DNA of 64,000 nucleotides. Origin: Marsupella aquatica. Its lineage: Eukaryota; Plantae; Marchantiophyta. Both the position numbers and the translations under genes were made by a program. Below the pieces are notes generated by a model. The model made no database searches. It saw only the letters and a list, made by a program, of their open reading frames with translations, and had not been told where the DNA came from. Positions within the stretch are counted from its first letter, which is position 1. Every line of letters begins with the position of its first letter. The stretch is from contig OZ316896.1 of assembly GCA_973895155.1 (NCBI GenBank), forward strand, positions 5,942,166 through 6,006,165, read 5' to 3'. Below, piece after piece: positions 1 to 13,899 of the stretch.

Positions 1-678
1 GAGCTCGTCAATCCAATCTTCTCCATATAGGACAGCCCCTACAAAATTATGACTGATTGCTTGTAAAACAATTAAACAAACGAGCGAAGATAATTTAGTG
101 AAGACCATAACTCTTGTCGTAGCCTTTCTCGGGGTGCGAGCCTGTGAACTTTTGCTTGCATGAACTTTTGGTTGGATAGGGGAGGGAGTGTGGAACAGAT
201 AGGATATTATCCACTCCATAGCTTCTATCCATCTATCGTCCTTTCTCTCATTTGAGGATGAGGCGTTTCTCGAAAGTGATTACAATCTGTGTAGCTCTGC
301 ATGAGCGAAAGGTGTCATGTTCACGTCCAGGTATTCATCCCTACGCACAGTACGAGTTATCTGGTTTGAGTCATATGGTTCTCAGTAAGTTTGGACTTTT
401 TAGTCCAGATTGAATTACTCCCAGCCTCTTGAATCCTCTATCTATGATCCATGTACAGCCACAAATTCTCCAATATCCAGTATCTGACATGTCAATGGAC
501 TCTACAGCACTCATTAAGTGTCAAAAGAGTACGACAATAATGTCCAGAAACAATAAATTAAAAGATGAAATGTGTGTCAGTCTATGGCCCCGAAGCTATG
601 ACACTTTCGCGCTGCTTTAATATAGTTTTTAATATATATAATTAAATGACACCGTTTGGCTCGTACCAGTATCGTAGA

Positions 679-1050
679 AGCTCCAATGGAACACAATGTT
701 TGACAAGATGATTGAAAAGACCCCATTAGTGTGGTAACTTTTGAATGTGTACTTAATTTCAATAGCACTTTTTGACCAGCATCAGACAAGCTCCCAGTGG
801 ACAACAATGCAAAACACGATGCTCGAATAAACTCTATGACATTCCAGTATCCTAATATCATAAAAATTATCCAATGATATTATTTGACCAAAATAACAAA
901 AGCTCCCAAAGACCACAATGTTAGACAAGATGCTCACATAGACCTTAGAACACTTTGGCAAATGTCTATTATAAATTCTAATTTTATCAAATAGGAGTGC
1001 TTGATAGATTGAAACACCCATAAACCACAATGTTTGGCAAAATGCTCCTA
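679..1050. repeat. Degenerate ~111-bp tandem repeat, 4 units
   Basis: Core ACAATG(T)TTGACAAGATG(C)T recurs with CAATG at 694, 805, 916 and 1028 (spacing 111, 111, 112); AGCTCC precedes three of them. Confidence 0.5.
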
Positions 1051-1289
1051 TGTACTGCAAACCTTTCATTTGTTTAAATGCTCACCAATTGGAATCTCCA
1101 AACATTCCTTGGTCTAAGTATGGCCTCTTGTGGTCAAAGCTTGTGGTCCATCCAAGCATCAACTTCCTATTTGACCAGGATAACACATCCATCTAATAAA
1201 GAGTGATTGTGATCAATACCTAAAAAAAGTTGTGTTATTGCAATTGACACTGGCTAGACTTTAGGTTGCATTTTCTGTGTCAAGCAAGA

Positions 1290-2260
1290 GTAACTTTGCC
1301 CTTCCATTTGGTGTCATGGAATGTCTGTGGTCTCTACAAGCCGAGCTATGAACTGAACCAAAATAATGTTGCACAAAATTGGATCAGTTCCCTAAAATTT
1401 CAACTACACATTTTGGCCCTACAAGAAGTGAAAAACAATCAATTTGGGCTTCATATTGCGCTGCAAGCTATCCTCCCTTGTTAATAGCACTTCTCATCTG
1501 CTACGGACTTAGGAAATTAAGGTACCACATAACTATTGCACTTGGGTATTAAGTAGAATCCTGTTGTTCCTTAGATCACACTAGTGCGGTCTGGATAAAG
1601 GCTAAATTCAATGAAAGGAAATTTTGGATTATCAATGTCTACTCACCTAACTCCCAACAACAACTGGCACTTCTATGGCATGAGCTTAAGACCATTTTCC
1701 TTCACGGGCAATGATTTCTTTGAGGCAACTTTAACATGACTGAATCCTTGGAGTATTTCTCAAGAAACTTGCCTTGCATAAAAGGTTGGGAGGCTGAATT
1801 TTGGTGATTCTTGAAAATCAAGTTTGACCTTCACAATGCCTTGAGGCTCTCATTTTACTTGGAGGTGTGTTTAACAACCCGCAGTGGATGTTGGATCCAT
1901 TCTACTATAGTGATCAAGCTTGGTGGTTGAACGTACTCTGCTGGCTGCTTGATTCGTGGTGGGGATTGTGCATTATTGGATCATGACCCTTCAAAGAAAA
2001 TCCAGTTTATTGGATCCAGTTTGCAACATCAGTTTGAAATTTCTGAGGCTGCATGGCTTAAAGGAAAATCTGATATTTAGGATCCTCATCTACACTTTGC
2101 TATGGCACATTTGCACTTTTGCCAACTATTTATTGAGCTCCAAGGACACCAAAACACAAAGAAGACAATTTCAAATTCCTTTGTGAAAAGCTTTGGCTTC
2201 TTAAGATTAGGCCCTGTACAATACACTATCAGGGAAGGATCTGAAGAATTTTAATTGCCA
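1290..2260 (+). pseudogene. Decayed L1-type LINE ORF2 AP-endonuclease fragment
   Basis: SWNVCGL and LALQEVK motifs (ORF 1266-1484), a GDFNM-like motif near 1725 and a DHDP motif near 1980. Colinear with the endonucleases at 20398 and 44682, with many stops and frameshifts. Confidence 0.8.
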
Positions 2261-2493
2261 AGCCAAAGATGAGGTATCGTCAGCCAAAGAGCATAGAACA
2301 CAACTTTTTCAAAGACTTTCAAGAATTAAGCAGTTTGGACACAATGAGGAACCTCCGCTTATATGCTAAAATTTTGTCACCATATAGCTTCAAGGACACA
2401 AAGAAGCTATGTGAATGCATGAATCTCATAGTAAGGTGGAGAGGAGAGATACACGTTACCGTACCTCTTGACTATTTAAACTTAATCTCCCAA

Positions 2494-3060
2494 CTAGCCT
2501 GATGCTTGTGTGTTACCTGATGTTGAGTCGGGTGTTGAGTTGAGGAAAAAATGTCAAGGTGAAAAAAGATGTCAAAGTGAAAAAAGATATTGTGCTAAGG
2601 AAAAGAGGTCAAGGTGAGGAAAATATGTCAAGAAGAGAAAAGATGAGAAAAAAATATAACAATGAGGAAAAGGTTGCAAGGAGAGAAAAAAATGTCAAGG
2701 GTAAACAAAAGTTGTTATGATGAAATAAAGATGTCAAGTTGCTAAAAATTGGGAAGATAAGAAAACAATAAGATGTCAAAGTGAGAAAAGATGTCAAGCC
2801 AAGTGACAATTTAAGATCTTGAGAATAGAAAATTATGTCCAAGAGACAAAAGCTCAAAGGTGAAAAAACTATTTTGATGATCTGATTTGAATGTGAAAAA
2901 AAGATAGTGAGTAAAAGATGTCAAGGCAACTTGGTAAAAATGTCAAAGAGAGATAAATATCCCAGAAATATGTAAAGATTAGAAAAACATGTCAAGGCAA
3001 GGCAAAAACATATCAGATTTGCGATGTAGTTGTTGAGGCATATTATATGTGATCCAGGCC
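2494..3060 (-). mobile_element. Non-autonomous Helitron-like remnant with AAAAGATGTC-type internal repeats
   Basis: A|CTAG at 2494 followed by a degenerate hairpin, then many AAAAGATGTCAAG units. Same architecture as the copies at 54925 and 56236. The 5' end is not defined. Confidence 0.45.
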
Positions 3061-3081
3061 ATCTAGTAGTTGTGGTTGTGT

Positions 3082-5270
3082 CACTAGAAGAAACCAAGCC
3101 TTGTTGAGACCAAAAACTGTGACTATTTTTAGCCCTTGTGACACCAACGTGACTTCCTCAACCGTGACCCTAGTTGAGACCGCACGAGTTATCTAAATGG
3201 TGACTAAAATATGGAAAGTCACTAATACTACTGTACATCGTGACATGGATGATATGGGTTTAGACTAAAAAAGAGCATAAAACCACACATCTAATGTGAC
3301 TACACTGTGACTACCATCAGTCATGCCTCTCTTACTACCATGACCTTCGACGAACTGAGATTACTGGTGTTTGCGACTAAGTTGTGACTATGTGTAGTCA
3401 TTTCAGAAGTATCAGTTTTAACATCTCCAAGTTGTCAACACATCCTTTGGATCTGGTGCTAGTAATGTTTATAACTAAGATCGTTTAAGGAAACTACAGG
3501 GCCGAGTAATGAACATGACTTATAGGGCGATTGTTGAGGACTTATGGGTCTTGCGTTAGTATTTGTGGTATAATTGTGAGATACACTCTTGTCTATGACT
3601 ATTTTATTCTAGTCATAGTTTTCAAAGTATCGTGCATTCATGGCAATTGCACGGGTATAATGAAACATATGGTGCATTCAACACATTCGAAGGCATGATA
3701 CGGAATGAGTTGAACACATTTTCAAAATGAAGTATTCATAGCAACAGAATTTATCCAAATTATAGTTCACAATGATACAAGACTAATGCAATCAATTCAT
3801 GATCTTGCAAAATGTCATCAACATCAATGTGTACCAACAAACAATCTTGGGAAGAATTCAAGACAGCCAACTGCTTCTAACCTACATACCTAGTCATTTG
3901 GGAGAACTGAAACCAAAATATTCATATTAACTAATATCATGTCAAAGGTAAGGGTTCTTATGCTTTCTACATACAAAAAGCATGAAACTAAAACTACAAA
4001 CAAATGGTTGTATGCATGACGATACTGTCCATCCTCTATAAACTTGCTTGGCCACAGTATTGTAGAACCTACTGCATCAAGAAGCACTCTTTGAGAAGGA
4101 TCATCATTGGTGTTGGGAAAAGGGAGAGCAGCCTTTGGAACCACAAGTAAGTCTATTAACACTACAGAATAACCAGGTGGAACTTTTCTCCCATGGAAAA
4201 TTGTGGAACCTACTTGCACCTTGCCAAATCCTACACTTGTCCCACTATCATCAATAGCCAACAACTTAGAATGCCCCTCTGCATTTGGTGCCTTCACTGT
4301 TTCCACCTTAGATTTCTCCAACACCACTGACCTTGGAGGTTTGTAGGTTGCCCTTGTTGTGGCTCTGCTTCCAATAGACTTGCTTCTGGTGCGCATGCTC
4401 CCCTTCTTTGAATTCACAATAGTCAAGTCTGTCTCCAGGGGCACTTCACATGGGATGGCCAGAGAAGTAGACTCCTTCCTAGGGATGGCCATAGGAGCAG
4501 ACATCTCTGTTGGCATCATGGGCACACTAGCAGACCCACCTGTTGTTGTCAATTCAGGTAATTTTGGAATGGGACCAAGATCAGGGTCCACATTCCATAA
4601 ACATTCTTCCATATAGCATGTATCTGGCTCAGCATTATCATTGTCAGGGAAAGTATATTGTTCCTCTACCCCAACATTTGAATTGATATCACCTTCAACA
4701 ATGTCAACCTTGAGCAAAGATGGTTCATCATTGCCCTCTGCCAAATCCCAGTTGTCAACAAGCTGCAACTTGGTTTCCTCTAAGTTGCATCGACTCTTCT
4801 TCAAGTGAGCAAATTTGCTTTGCTCAACATCTGCTTCTCTCTCTATGGGATACCACAACAATATATGTCACACTAACAATGTCAAATACTGTAAACACCA
4901 AGTCATCATAATCGTTCTAATTCATCATAACCTAGATTTCTAGCATCATATCCAACAAATATATATAAAGTCTTACCTTGAACTGTAGATACCACTAGAA
5001 TGCCAGAAGAGTGCATAGACTTTGCCACGTCAAGCGGTGATGGTGAGACTCCTCCAGAGCTGCTTTCAATCTTACTTCTCACCGACACTTGTGATAGGAT
5101 CAGTTGTCACTCAAACATCTGGATGCATTTCCATCTCCTCGCATGCCTCCCTAAAATTAGTATCCTTCTCCCCATAAAAATGCTTTATCAAAGCCTTCCC
5201 CACATTTCCCTCTATGTGCATGGGGTCTAAGAGATGGCGGATCTTCAACTCATGTTAAGTAACCTATGCA
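3082..5270 (-). mobile_element. Truncated CACTA (En/Spm) element, 3' end
   Basis: CACTAGAAGAAACC at 3082-3095 matches the TIR at 21284 at 13/14 positions. GTGACTA/TAGTC subterminal repeats at 3100-3620 and a TnpA-like ORF point toward this end. Confidence 0.8.
3890..4861 (-). pseudogene. TnpA-like C-terminal region of the truncated CACTA element
   Basis: GFGKVQVGSTIFHGRKVPPGYSVVLID...LPFPNTNDDPSQRVLLDAVGSTILWP aligns with GTGILRPDHAKFHGKVVSDDHVVVLL...LPFLNRDDDPPQEIIADAVGSLVLWP at 36844-37053. The ORF limits are the six-frame track values; true exon limits are uncertain. Confidence 0.75.
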
Positions 5271-5549
5271 TTGCATATAAAAATAGGAGACCCAAGGTAT
5301 TGATCACTACATCATAGAATCCAAGCACAACCAAGTGATAGGAAAATATCTATTTTCTTCAATTTTAAATTTTTAGAGAACGAAAATCTATTTTTATTTT
5401 ATTTATATTCAAAAAAAATTCAAAATTTTTAAAAGAAAGTTTTTATTTCCAAAATTTTATTTTTTAAAATATAAATCCACTTAATTATTTTAATTAATTA
5501 TTTTTTCTAAGGCAGATGTGAGCAGGTTAAAGGGCATTTGGGCAGCCAT

Positions 5550-8500
5550 TTATTTTAGATGGGCATATGGATAAATTTTTAAAATAATGTTTTGGTGATT
5601 CGAAAGGATCAGGATTGGTTCTTGCTTTTTTATCAGTTTGTAAATGGACTATCCCACCATTTTGGCAGGATTAGATATTACAGTTGTAAGAGGATAGGTC
5701 CAAAACTTGTGAATTCTCTCCCAATGGATCCAATAGGGCATCTCAAAGTTAGCGATTTGATGGACCTTAACTCCCTAGTGAGGGGTTATGGACACAAAAA
5801 GTTAAGGACTACCAATTTCATAGTCCATAGCTTTTTTCTAGAAGCATTGGCCGTATGCCTTTAGTCACTCTCAAGGCTGGTGAAAGAAAAAACAAAAAAA
5901 ACTTTTACAAGTCTTTGTGAAAAAGCTATGATCATTCCTTTATGTCATACGAGTCGTTATGTCATTAAACTCTTTGAATGCCATGACGACAATCCTCTAT
6001 CATCCTTATGTATGGTTTATAGTATGTTGACTTTGATGACATTTGGTTATTATTTATGTTAGAAATCAATGAAAATTCTATTTCCACTTGCTCCAAATCA
6101 CCATGGATACTCCATTTTCAGATCTTCCACCCCACCTCACACCATGCCAGCTCAAATTGGGCCATGTTGGATTCCAAATAATTTTCCTAATCCATAACAA
6201 CCAAATCATAAAGGTAGTCCATCATCATTTTATTAACTTCCCTTACTAGCTAGCTTCAAATTTAATCTTTCCTGGCCCGGGTCCCGGCCCTACCTCGATC
6301 TAAACTATAACCCTTTCCCTTCAAGCAACCTCCTCCACTCACCCTAGTTGCCCATGTAAACTATAAGCCATATGGGTAAATTTTCATGCTAAATTGGCCA
6401 CTATCCTAGAGCTCCTCATGTTCTTAAACATATATTTACCATGCATAATTGTAACTCTAAAGTTAATTAATGAATCATACGTGCAACATATAAAGACAAA
6501 AACATAAGCTGCCATGCATAAATTATTGGTGCCAGCACAAAGAAGTTAGACCTTATTGAATTTCAACTTTGCTCACACTCTCTCCTCTAAATGTGCCCTG
6601 ATCAACCTTCAAGACGTTGCTGCTAAAATATGGGCCCTAGAATGCATATAGGAATCCAATTCCCATGTCTATTCAAGACCATATTCAATAGTTTGGATTG
6701 CCCCTTGCACCAGATCCCAATGACTACCATCATACGTGACATGCAAGCTTGAGAAAGGTCAAATGGCAATGATGTTTGCCCGCTCTGCCTAGCCATAATC
6801 GAGTATATTTGTCTGAGTTGTGTTGCAAAACTCCCGGCAAAACTTGCACTTTGCATAAACATTGGATGTCCAAGATTGTCACACCTGGTACAAGTTTTTG
6901 TCACTAAGTTAGGTTGCGGCGTCCCTCTTTGGTGAGAAGTCTGTGGTGTAGGATAGGGCAGCAGGTCAATGTCACCCTTTTCTCTTGCAAATGTTACCAA
7001 TGAGCTCCAATTTATAAGTGACTAAGCTTGGTTACAATTCAATGTTGCTTGAGAGTAACTATGTAAGGAAGATATAGGAGCTCCAACATTGCCAACAGTG
7101 ATCTTAGTAAAGCTAGTTGCAACCTTACATTACAATTTGTTTGTTGACAAAGATTGGTTGTGTTCTCATTTGGGCTTGGATTCCAAGGAATTGCAACAAG
7201 TGAGCCAGGTAAATGGAAGCCCGGACCTGGATTTATTTGAAGGTGAAACCCGGACATTGAGTGATCAAGTGGATCATGTCCTTGTTGATTGGGCAGAGAT
7301 CCCCTGGAAGTTAGCTTGAGCTGCCAAGTGAACGAGAGGTCTTGACTTGATAGAGGTCCTCATTGACGCGGAGGTCCTCAATGAGCTAGTTAGAGATCTA
7401 CTAGCAACAGAGGCTAGTTGGATGTTATTGAGCTAAGCCATTGAATTGTTGTTCAAGTGAGCAAGAGTTCAGAGGCAGCAGAGCAACTTACGTTGGCTTC
7501 CAAGCTCGTGCAAGGGATTTAAGCTTCCCCCTACCAATCTGTGTGTAAGTTTGCGTCTGTCATGACAACTATTTTAGTGCTTCATTTTGAGTAGTCTAGA
7601 AGGAGTACACCTCGGCAACTCCCTTGGCAATTGTAGTCAAACTACAAAGGAATGGCTTTAGGGTTGTATTGAGTGGTGGACCTTGCCACCCAACGCCCTC
7701 ACCGATCCAGGCTCACTCTTGCCTAAGTACCCTTGGTGCCCAAACACGTACACAAAGCTTCTCGAGCAAGCAAGTGGTGCCTTTATCATCATCGGCAACA
7801 ACTCCCATACAAAGTCGCACTTGCTCCTTAACACAACTATAATTCAATGGTCTTTAATTCTTGCATATGCAATCAAGCACATAATTGGTAAGAACCCATC
7901 ATGATCTAGGATCCCCAAGACCATTGTCTTGCCTCAAGCTCAGCAGTCGTTAGTAACTAGGTCAGAAAATAGAACCTCTTGAGACCGCGGTGTCTTGCCA
8001 TAAACTAAAGCTTAGTAGACATGGTCCACTATTTGTCTAGAATAGCCCCTCTACCAGGTATCGCCTAAGCTTTCCCACTTTCTATCTGTCATTGGCTAAC
8101 CGCCCTGTCTAGAAATTTGGTCAAAGTTGGCCCATTTTCTACTAGTGCCTCCAAGACATGCTCATGGCCCAAATAGCTAGCTTGTCCCAAAGCTTGTCCC
8201 AAACGTCGGGACCAGTTCAACATCGACTCTCTAAGCAATCATCTTTAAGGCTCCAACTCAACTCAAAGTCTAGGGGCAATATACACTTAGACCTCAACAC
8301 CCATTCCTACTCTACATTGCCTCCCCAACGTAAGCTCCCATAGGAAACTGAATGCGGTTTGGCAGTTGTTTTGATATGATTTGGTAAGCGAGTAAGATAG
8401 CCCTTGAAACCCTCAAAAAACAAAGGCACCCCAAGACCCAGATAATCCCAAGAGGATGTGGTCCTCCTTGAGAGATTTCCAATGCATCCAAGAAGTCCTC

Positions 8501-8600
8501 CAATGGACTTTCTATTGAGAAGTTATCATTATTTTTGTTTAACATGTCCCCTTAGTAGCGAGACCGCCACACTTCACAACTTGGGCTCTTGGGCTTGCCC
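5550..8600 (-). mobile_element. Highly degraded Ty3/Gypsy-like LTR retrotransposon internal region
   Basis: Partial gag zinc knuckle CTRCDNLGH (ORF 6623-7000) and RNase H-like (A)SRK/EKSY remnants near 5820-5860 on the minus strand. No LTR pair found. Confidence 0.4.
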
Positions 8601-10170
8601 CCCAAGGAGACACAACTCTCCTCATATATGCTTCTAGACACCTGCCACCCCCGGATCAACTTTGGTCCCCTATGCTTGGCCTCCAACCTAGACTCCAACC
8701 TGATTGACTTGGCCCCTGACTCGACCCATAACTTTCTAGTTAGACGTTTGTAGGTGAATTGCCTTAGCCCATTATGATTGGGCCCTGGGCCCTTAGCTTA
8801 CGTAATCCCAGAAACACATGCGCCCGCTTGAAGGGTATTTTTAATCCATTTCTGGCTAATAATTATAATTCAATTAGAACAAACCAACCCGCAACTTTAT
8901 ACAAATTTGGGTTTATAAGGAAGAAGGGTATTTCCAAAACCGTGGCATATTAACTCAGCCGAAGGGGTCCTATAATGTATGTGACACGCGTCATTGTATA
9001 AGGGGCCATGTGGCAAGGTCTCAATCATTGGAACATAGTGTCCCAAGTGAGTCACTCTATTAGTACCTAGACCCATATGGCCTATTGCAAGTTACAAGGG
9101 GTATAAAAAGTACCTAACAACCTCACAATTACTTATAGAGTCGGGGATGACTACTTTACTCAAGAAGGAACCCTCAAAGGCTAGGATTAAATCTCAAGAA
9201 TCAAAGGAATGGAGGGAGGAGATTAACTTGTGATTATGAGACTAAGTAGGTGTGATTATGAGACTAAGTAGGTGACCTTTAGTAGGTAGTGTAATAATTA
9301 GACAAAGTAGTGGGGACACCGACTTATGCCTCGTTTGAAATAGTAAGGCTTCTGTTTGGAAAATGTCCCGTCGTTTGAAAGCGGGAGAGTCTTGCATCGT
9401 TCCTCAAAATATTCTTTGCTGATCAAGAGCACACGAGTGTCTACCTTCAAGTTCACTGCCTCACTTACAATCGGGACATCAGTTCTATAGAGCAAACATA
9501 TGTGCACGTCCCCGTCAATCTCATCGGCAGTAATCGCTACATTGCGGGATGACAAGGCAAAATCACTGCATTGCGATAGACTGCTCATTCCGGACCGTAG
9601 AGAGAGCGGAAGGTCTGGACAAAGATTGATTGACAAGGTGCGAGCGTGAGTATGAGGCCAATGTCTTGGGAAGCAGAGAAATGTGACAGTGATTGCTCAC
9701 AATTGAGGAATCTCTGTCGACGGCAAGAAGACTCAGACAAGGTTGGTCGGGTCGATGTTGGGGGTGTCGACTAGGAATGTCGGCCCAAATGCGATGTTGT
9801 TCTGTTCCAAAGCTTGAGTGAGGGTGCCAGCAATCGATCACTTTGCGGAGGAGGATTCGGAGCTCCAAACCACACCAGGCCTTTTCCCACTCATCGTGCT
9901 CTTTGCTTTGCCGGTCGAATGAGCCTGTCTGCGTAGTTGTATTTTTGTGACGGCAAGACCAGAAATCCTGTGGGCAGGTGGTGTGGACCACCCTGGTTGT
10001 TGTCCTAATGCTGGAGACCTGATCAAGATGGCATGGAGGCTGCTACAGTGGTACCTCTACAAACAAGCTACGTACCTGGAAGCAAGCTAGTGCGAAGTGG
10101 GAGGGCTTTGGCTTCGGGCTCTTCGGGATCTTTGAGATCTTGATTGACCTCCCATTCACTTGCTGTCGGG

Positions 10171-13100
10171 ATGGATGTTATCAATCAGAAAAGAGAACAT
10201 AGGAATTTCTTGAAGAGGAGACGCTTAGCTGAGAAGTCTCGCCTGCTCGATGAAATTGCAGAAATCAAGAAGGAAGCCCTAGCAGAAATTGAGGAAAGAA
10301 AGAACAACGCTATAAAAGAAGCCGAAAGCATTCTAAAGAAAGCGAGGGAGGAGGCAAAGGCCCTTGTAGATGCAGCTGAGGTCTCTAAAGCAGTAATTGA
10401 TAGTTGTATAGCTTCTACCACAGAGAGATGGCGTCTGATTGAGAGCGACATTGCAGGGCATAGACCTGCAGTTATAGATGTGCGGCCAACTAGTGTCAAT
10501 TCAGAACAAATTTGAGCACGGAATGCTGAAAGGGCTAGAAGATATTACTGGAAGCAAAAAGTCTTGCAATAGCAACAGAGCGTAGCAACGCCCGAATGTG
10601 AGGACTCAGGTTTGGATCAACCAAACAGAGGAGCAAGAAGGGTGAAAGCAATAGCAAGCAATTTGTTCAAAGTATTTCATGAGAGCACCAAGTTCCACAA
10701 CTTAGCGAGCAAGAAGTTAGCGCTTCAAAAGTTCTGGCATAATCCTGGTTTGAAAGACCTACACCCTTCCAAAACTGGTTGCCCTAAGATGGACGCCTCA
10801 ATGAAAGCGAGTTTAATTTGAAGACTTGAAGTCAGCCCTACAAGTAATAAAAGGGGCACATAGGGGCCAAGCAATCAGTGTTGATTGGGCTGACTGGTAT
10901 GTTCCTTACTTAACGTTGTTGCTGAAGTCAGATTATTGCTTCAGTGGATGGTATTTGTTATGAACATTGCTGTATTTAGACTTCAATGTGTTGCTGTATG
11001 TAGACTTAATTATGATCTCGTGTTCATTGCCGGATATGCTAGGTTCAAAGATCATGAAAGACAGGAGAAGAGCTAGTATTGCCAAAGCTCTAGATATCAA
11101 AAAGGCCTGCAATCACCAGAGCATGACTTGATGCTGATAAATCAGTCAAATTTCCAATGGGTGTCCAAAAGACGAGGTCAGACAAAATCTCTCAAGAAAT
11201 CAGGGAATCTGTGAAGCTTTATTGGGAGGAAAATACTAGAGTTTCACCAAACCAATCTAACCAAGCAAGGCTCAGGTTGAGTCCGAAGGTGTATGAGGTA
11301 CATCAAGTCCATTGGCTAGAGGAAACTGAGGTACGTTGTGTCACTCAATCTCTATAGGTTTCCAATTCTCATAGTTACGCCCTCATTGTATTTTCAGGTA
11401 CTGAACATGCTGTCCACTCGGCCAGAAATGTCCTCTCTTCTTACTAGTAATTATACTAATTAAAGTAGTCGTGTTTGTGATGGCCCAGGTCGATTTTTAC
11501 TTGATCTTCACAGAATGGTGCAAAAACAAAGGAGAGGAAGTTCCTGTTGGATTAAGGACCTTCCAGTACTTGAAGCCCTATTTCATTCGGGTCCTAAAAG
11601 ACAGGAATGTTTGCTGTTGTAAGCAACACGTGGAGATGAATTTGTTGAAAGAGGCTTTGAATAAATTTTGACTTCACAAACATCCTACGACGACATGCTG
11701 TTGTGATTGTGCAATTTGTCACTCCTCATCAACTATTGGACCAGGAGCAGGTTGTTTAGCTGGGAAATGCACAATGAAGTCGGTGAGAGATTGGTGTGAT
11801 GAGATATTGTGTCCTAAACCAGAAGGTAAATCGTGGCACAAGAAGGAATGCATCATGGGTGCATGCCAAGATTGTGGTGTGGAACATTTACTCACATGCA
11901 ACGCTGAGTTACAATCAGGTGACTCCTTGCCTATTGTCTGGGAAACTTTTCAGTATGTTAGCTTGCAACAGAAGTCTACTAAGAAGAAGGCTGGTGAGGA
12001 AGACGAGGCAACAGGAAAGAGGTTAAGAATGATCTACATGGAAACTCCATTTGCAGAATTTCTGGATAAGGTAAAGCTGAAGATGCCTGCATCTGTTATA
12101 CACAACTTCCGTGCTCGATGGCAAGCAGAGCAATACAAGAGGTCTCAAGCAATATTTCCCAAGGGGACCATGCTTTCTTCTATAGATTTCAGTGAGAACT
12201 ATACTTTTTTGGTTCAAGATGAAGTGCAAAGTATGCATTGGGATAACAAGCAGATTAGCATCTTGGTTCACGCTACGTTTAGGCACAAGGAAGATCATGA
12301 CTACATAGATGGAGAATACAGACCTGACCCCTCAGATCCAGACGATTGCCACATCATTGGAGACTATCACTTCTACATAAATGATGATATCCAGCATGAC
12401 AGTTTATTTGTCCAACATTATTTGGATAAACACATCAAGTGGGTACAAGATCAAAATTTGTCAATTGGCAATCATTGGGTGTGGAGCGATGGGTGTGCGG
12501 CACAGTTTAAGAGCAGAGGGCCATTCTATTTTGTAAGTAGGTACTACAATACTTACGGAGTAGAAATGCAGTGGAATTTCCATGGAAGCGGTCATGGCAA
12601 AAATGTTGTTGTGAGTATTTCATCGTCCCGTCCAACCTTCTTCCAGCTTCTTGATTTCCAATTGTGGTTTTGTGACTATGAGTGAGCCAAGATTTTGAAT
12701 AGACTAGTAGGTGACAGCACTGTGGATGATCAGTCTTCTCTAATGTGAACTGGCTTCTTGACTAGATGAAGGTTACTTGCTGACATCAGAATCCACAAAT
12801 GTCATCTGATACCTAATTTGTATGTTAGGATGGCGAAGGTGGTACACAGAAGAGGGCTCTGGCCAAAGAACAACTCTTAAGTTCAACAAGAGGTCATAAA
12901 CTACAGAATGCTCAGGATGCTGTGACACTCCTAATATCCAGATTTGCATTAGGGAAGGAGACAGGACCTGGAAAAGTTCAAATGATTCGACGCCATCATT
13001 GGGAAATCAAGGAGGGAGATGTGAATAGGAGAAAAGCTTGGGATTGTGAGCCAATTCTGGGAACCAGATCCCTTCATTGCTTTTGCGGCTTCAGTAAAGA

Positions 13101-13690
13101 TGTTCCTACTTGATCTGTTAAAGGTGAGAGAGATGTGTTGCTTCTGTCCTGCCTGTGTCGATGGGGCTGAGAAATTAGCTTGCCCAAATGTGGAGCATGC
13201 TGGAAAGTGGGAGCTTGAAACCATTCACCCAAAGCAACCATCAGATGTTGCAGCAATTGTGCATAGCATGGGTGTTGGACTAGGAGCCGGGGAGTTGGAA
13301 AATGGAGATTTAGCTGACACCATAGAGGTTGGTACATTTTTTGCTGTTGAGGCTTCAGCTGACGACCTGTTTGGTGCTGATTTCTATATCCTGCAATGTG
13401 AGGTGGAAGCACATGATTGCCAAGAGAGTTTTGTGGATGCATGACAGAGTATTACAAGGCAGATGGTACCAACAAGTAGGAAAAACGGTTACCCATTATG
13501 TATACACACGAAAGTCGCCCACAAGTTGGGTGCATGCAAAGGATGTCATCCATGTTGGCTTCTTACTTCAGCCTGCTGGGAAATCAGGACGGGACCAACT
13601 ACCTCGATCCACTTTGATTCTTGCTTTCAAATCTTTGAAAGTTGTTCACATTGCAATTACACAGAACAACGATGACCAAGGTAGTGGTAT
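10171..13690 (+). pseudogene. Spliced DDD transposase, Sola2-like, disrupted
   Basis: Motifs VCCCKQHVEM, IDFSENY...QDEVQSMHW and WSDGCAAQFKS, plus HGKNVV|DGEGG joined across a GT-AG intron at 12611-12828. Further introns near 11331-11488. Several in-frame stops (for example 10513). Confidence 0.7.
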
Positions 13691-13899
13691 GTTTTTTGTG
13701 TGGCAGTGTGTCTTCAAGTGATTACTGAAGTCTGTCAAATTGTGGACAGAGCGCCACAAAGTCTCAAGTAAGGACCTATACCAACATAATTCTTGTCTAC
13801 TACTGAGAATATCATGTTATCCTTGTATGATCATTACACTTTTTCATTACTTTTACTTACTCGGAGTACTTTTCTTTTTGTAAGTGCTTGAGGGTTGCT

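Noticed and set aside
9229-9272. 22-bp tandem duplication TGTGATTATGAGACTAAGTAGG
   Set aside because: It is real but an isolated slippage or repair duplication with nothing between the copies.
9290-9420. Left TIR of the Sola2-like element
   Set aside because: I found no convincing inverted match near 15000-15200 or 53300-54000 by eye.
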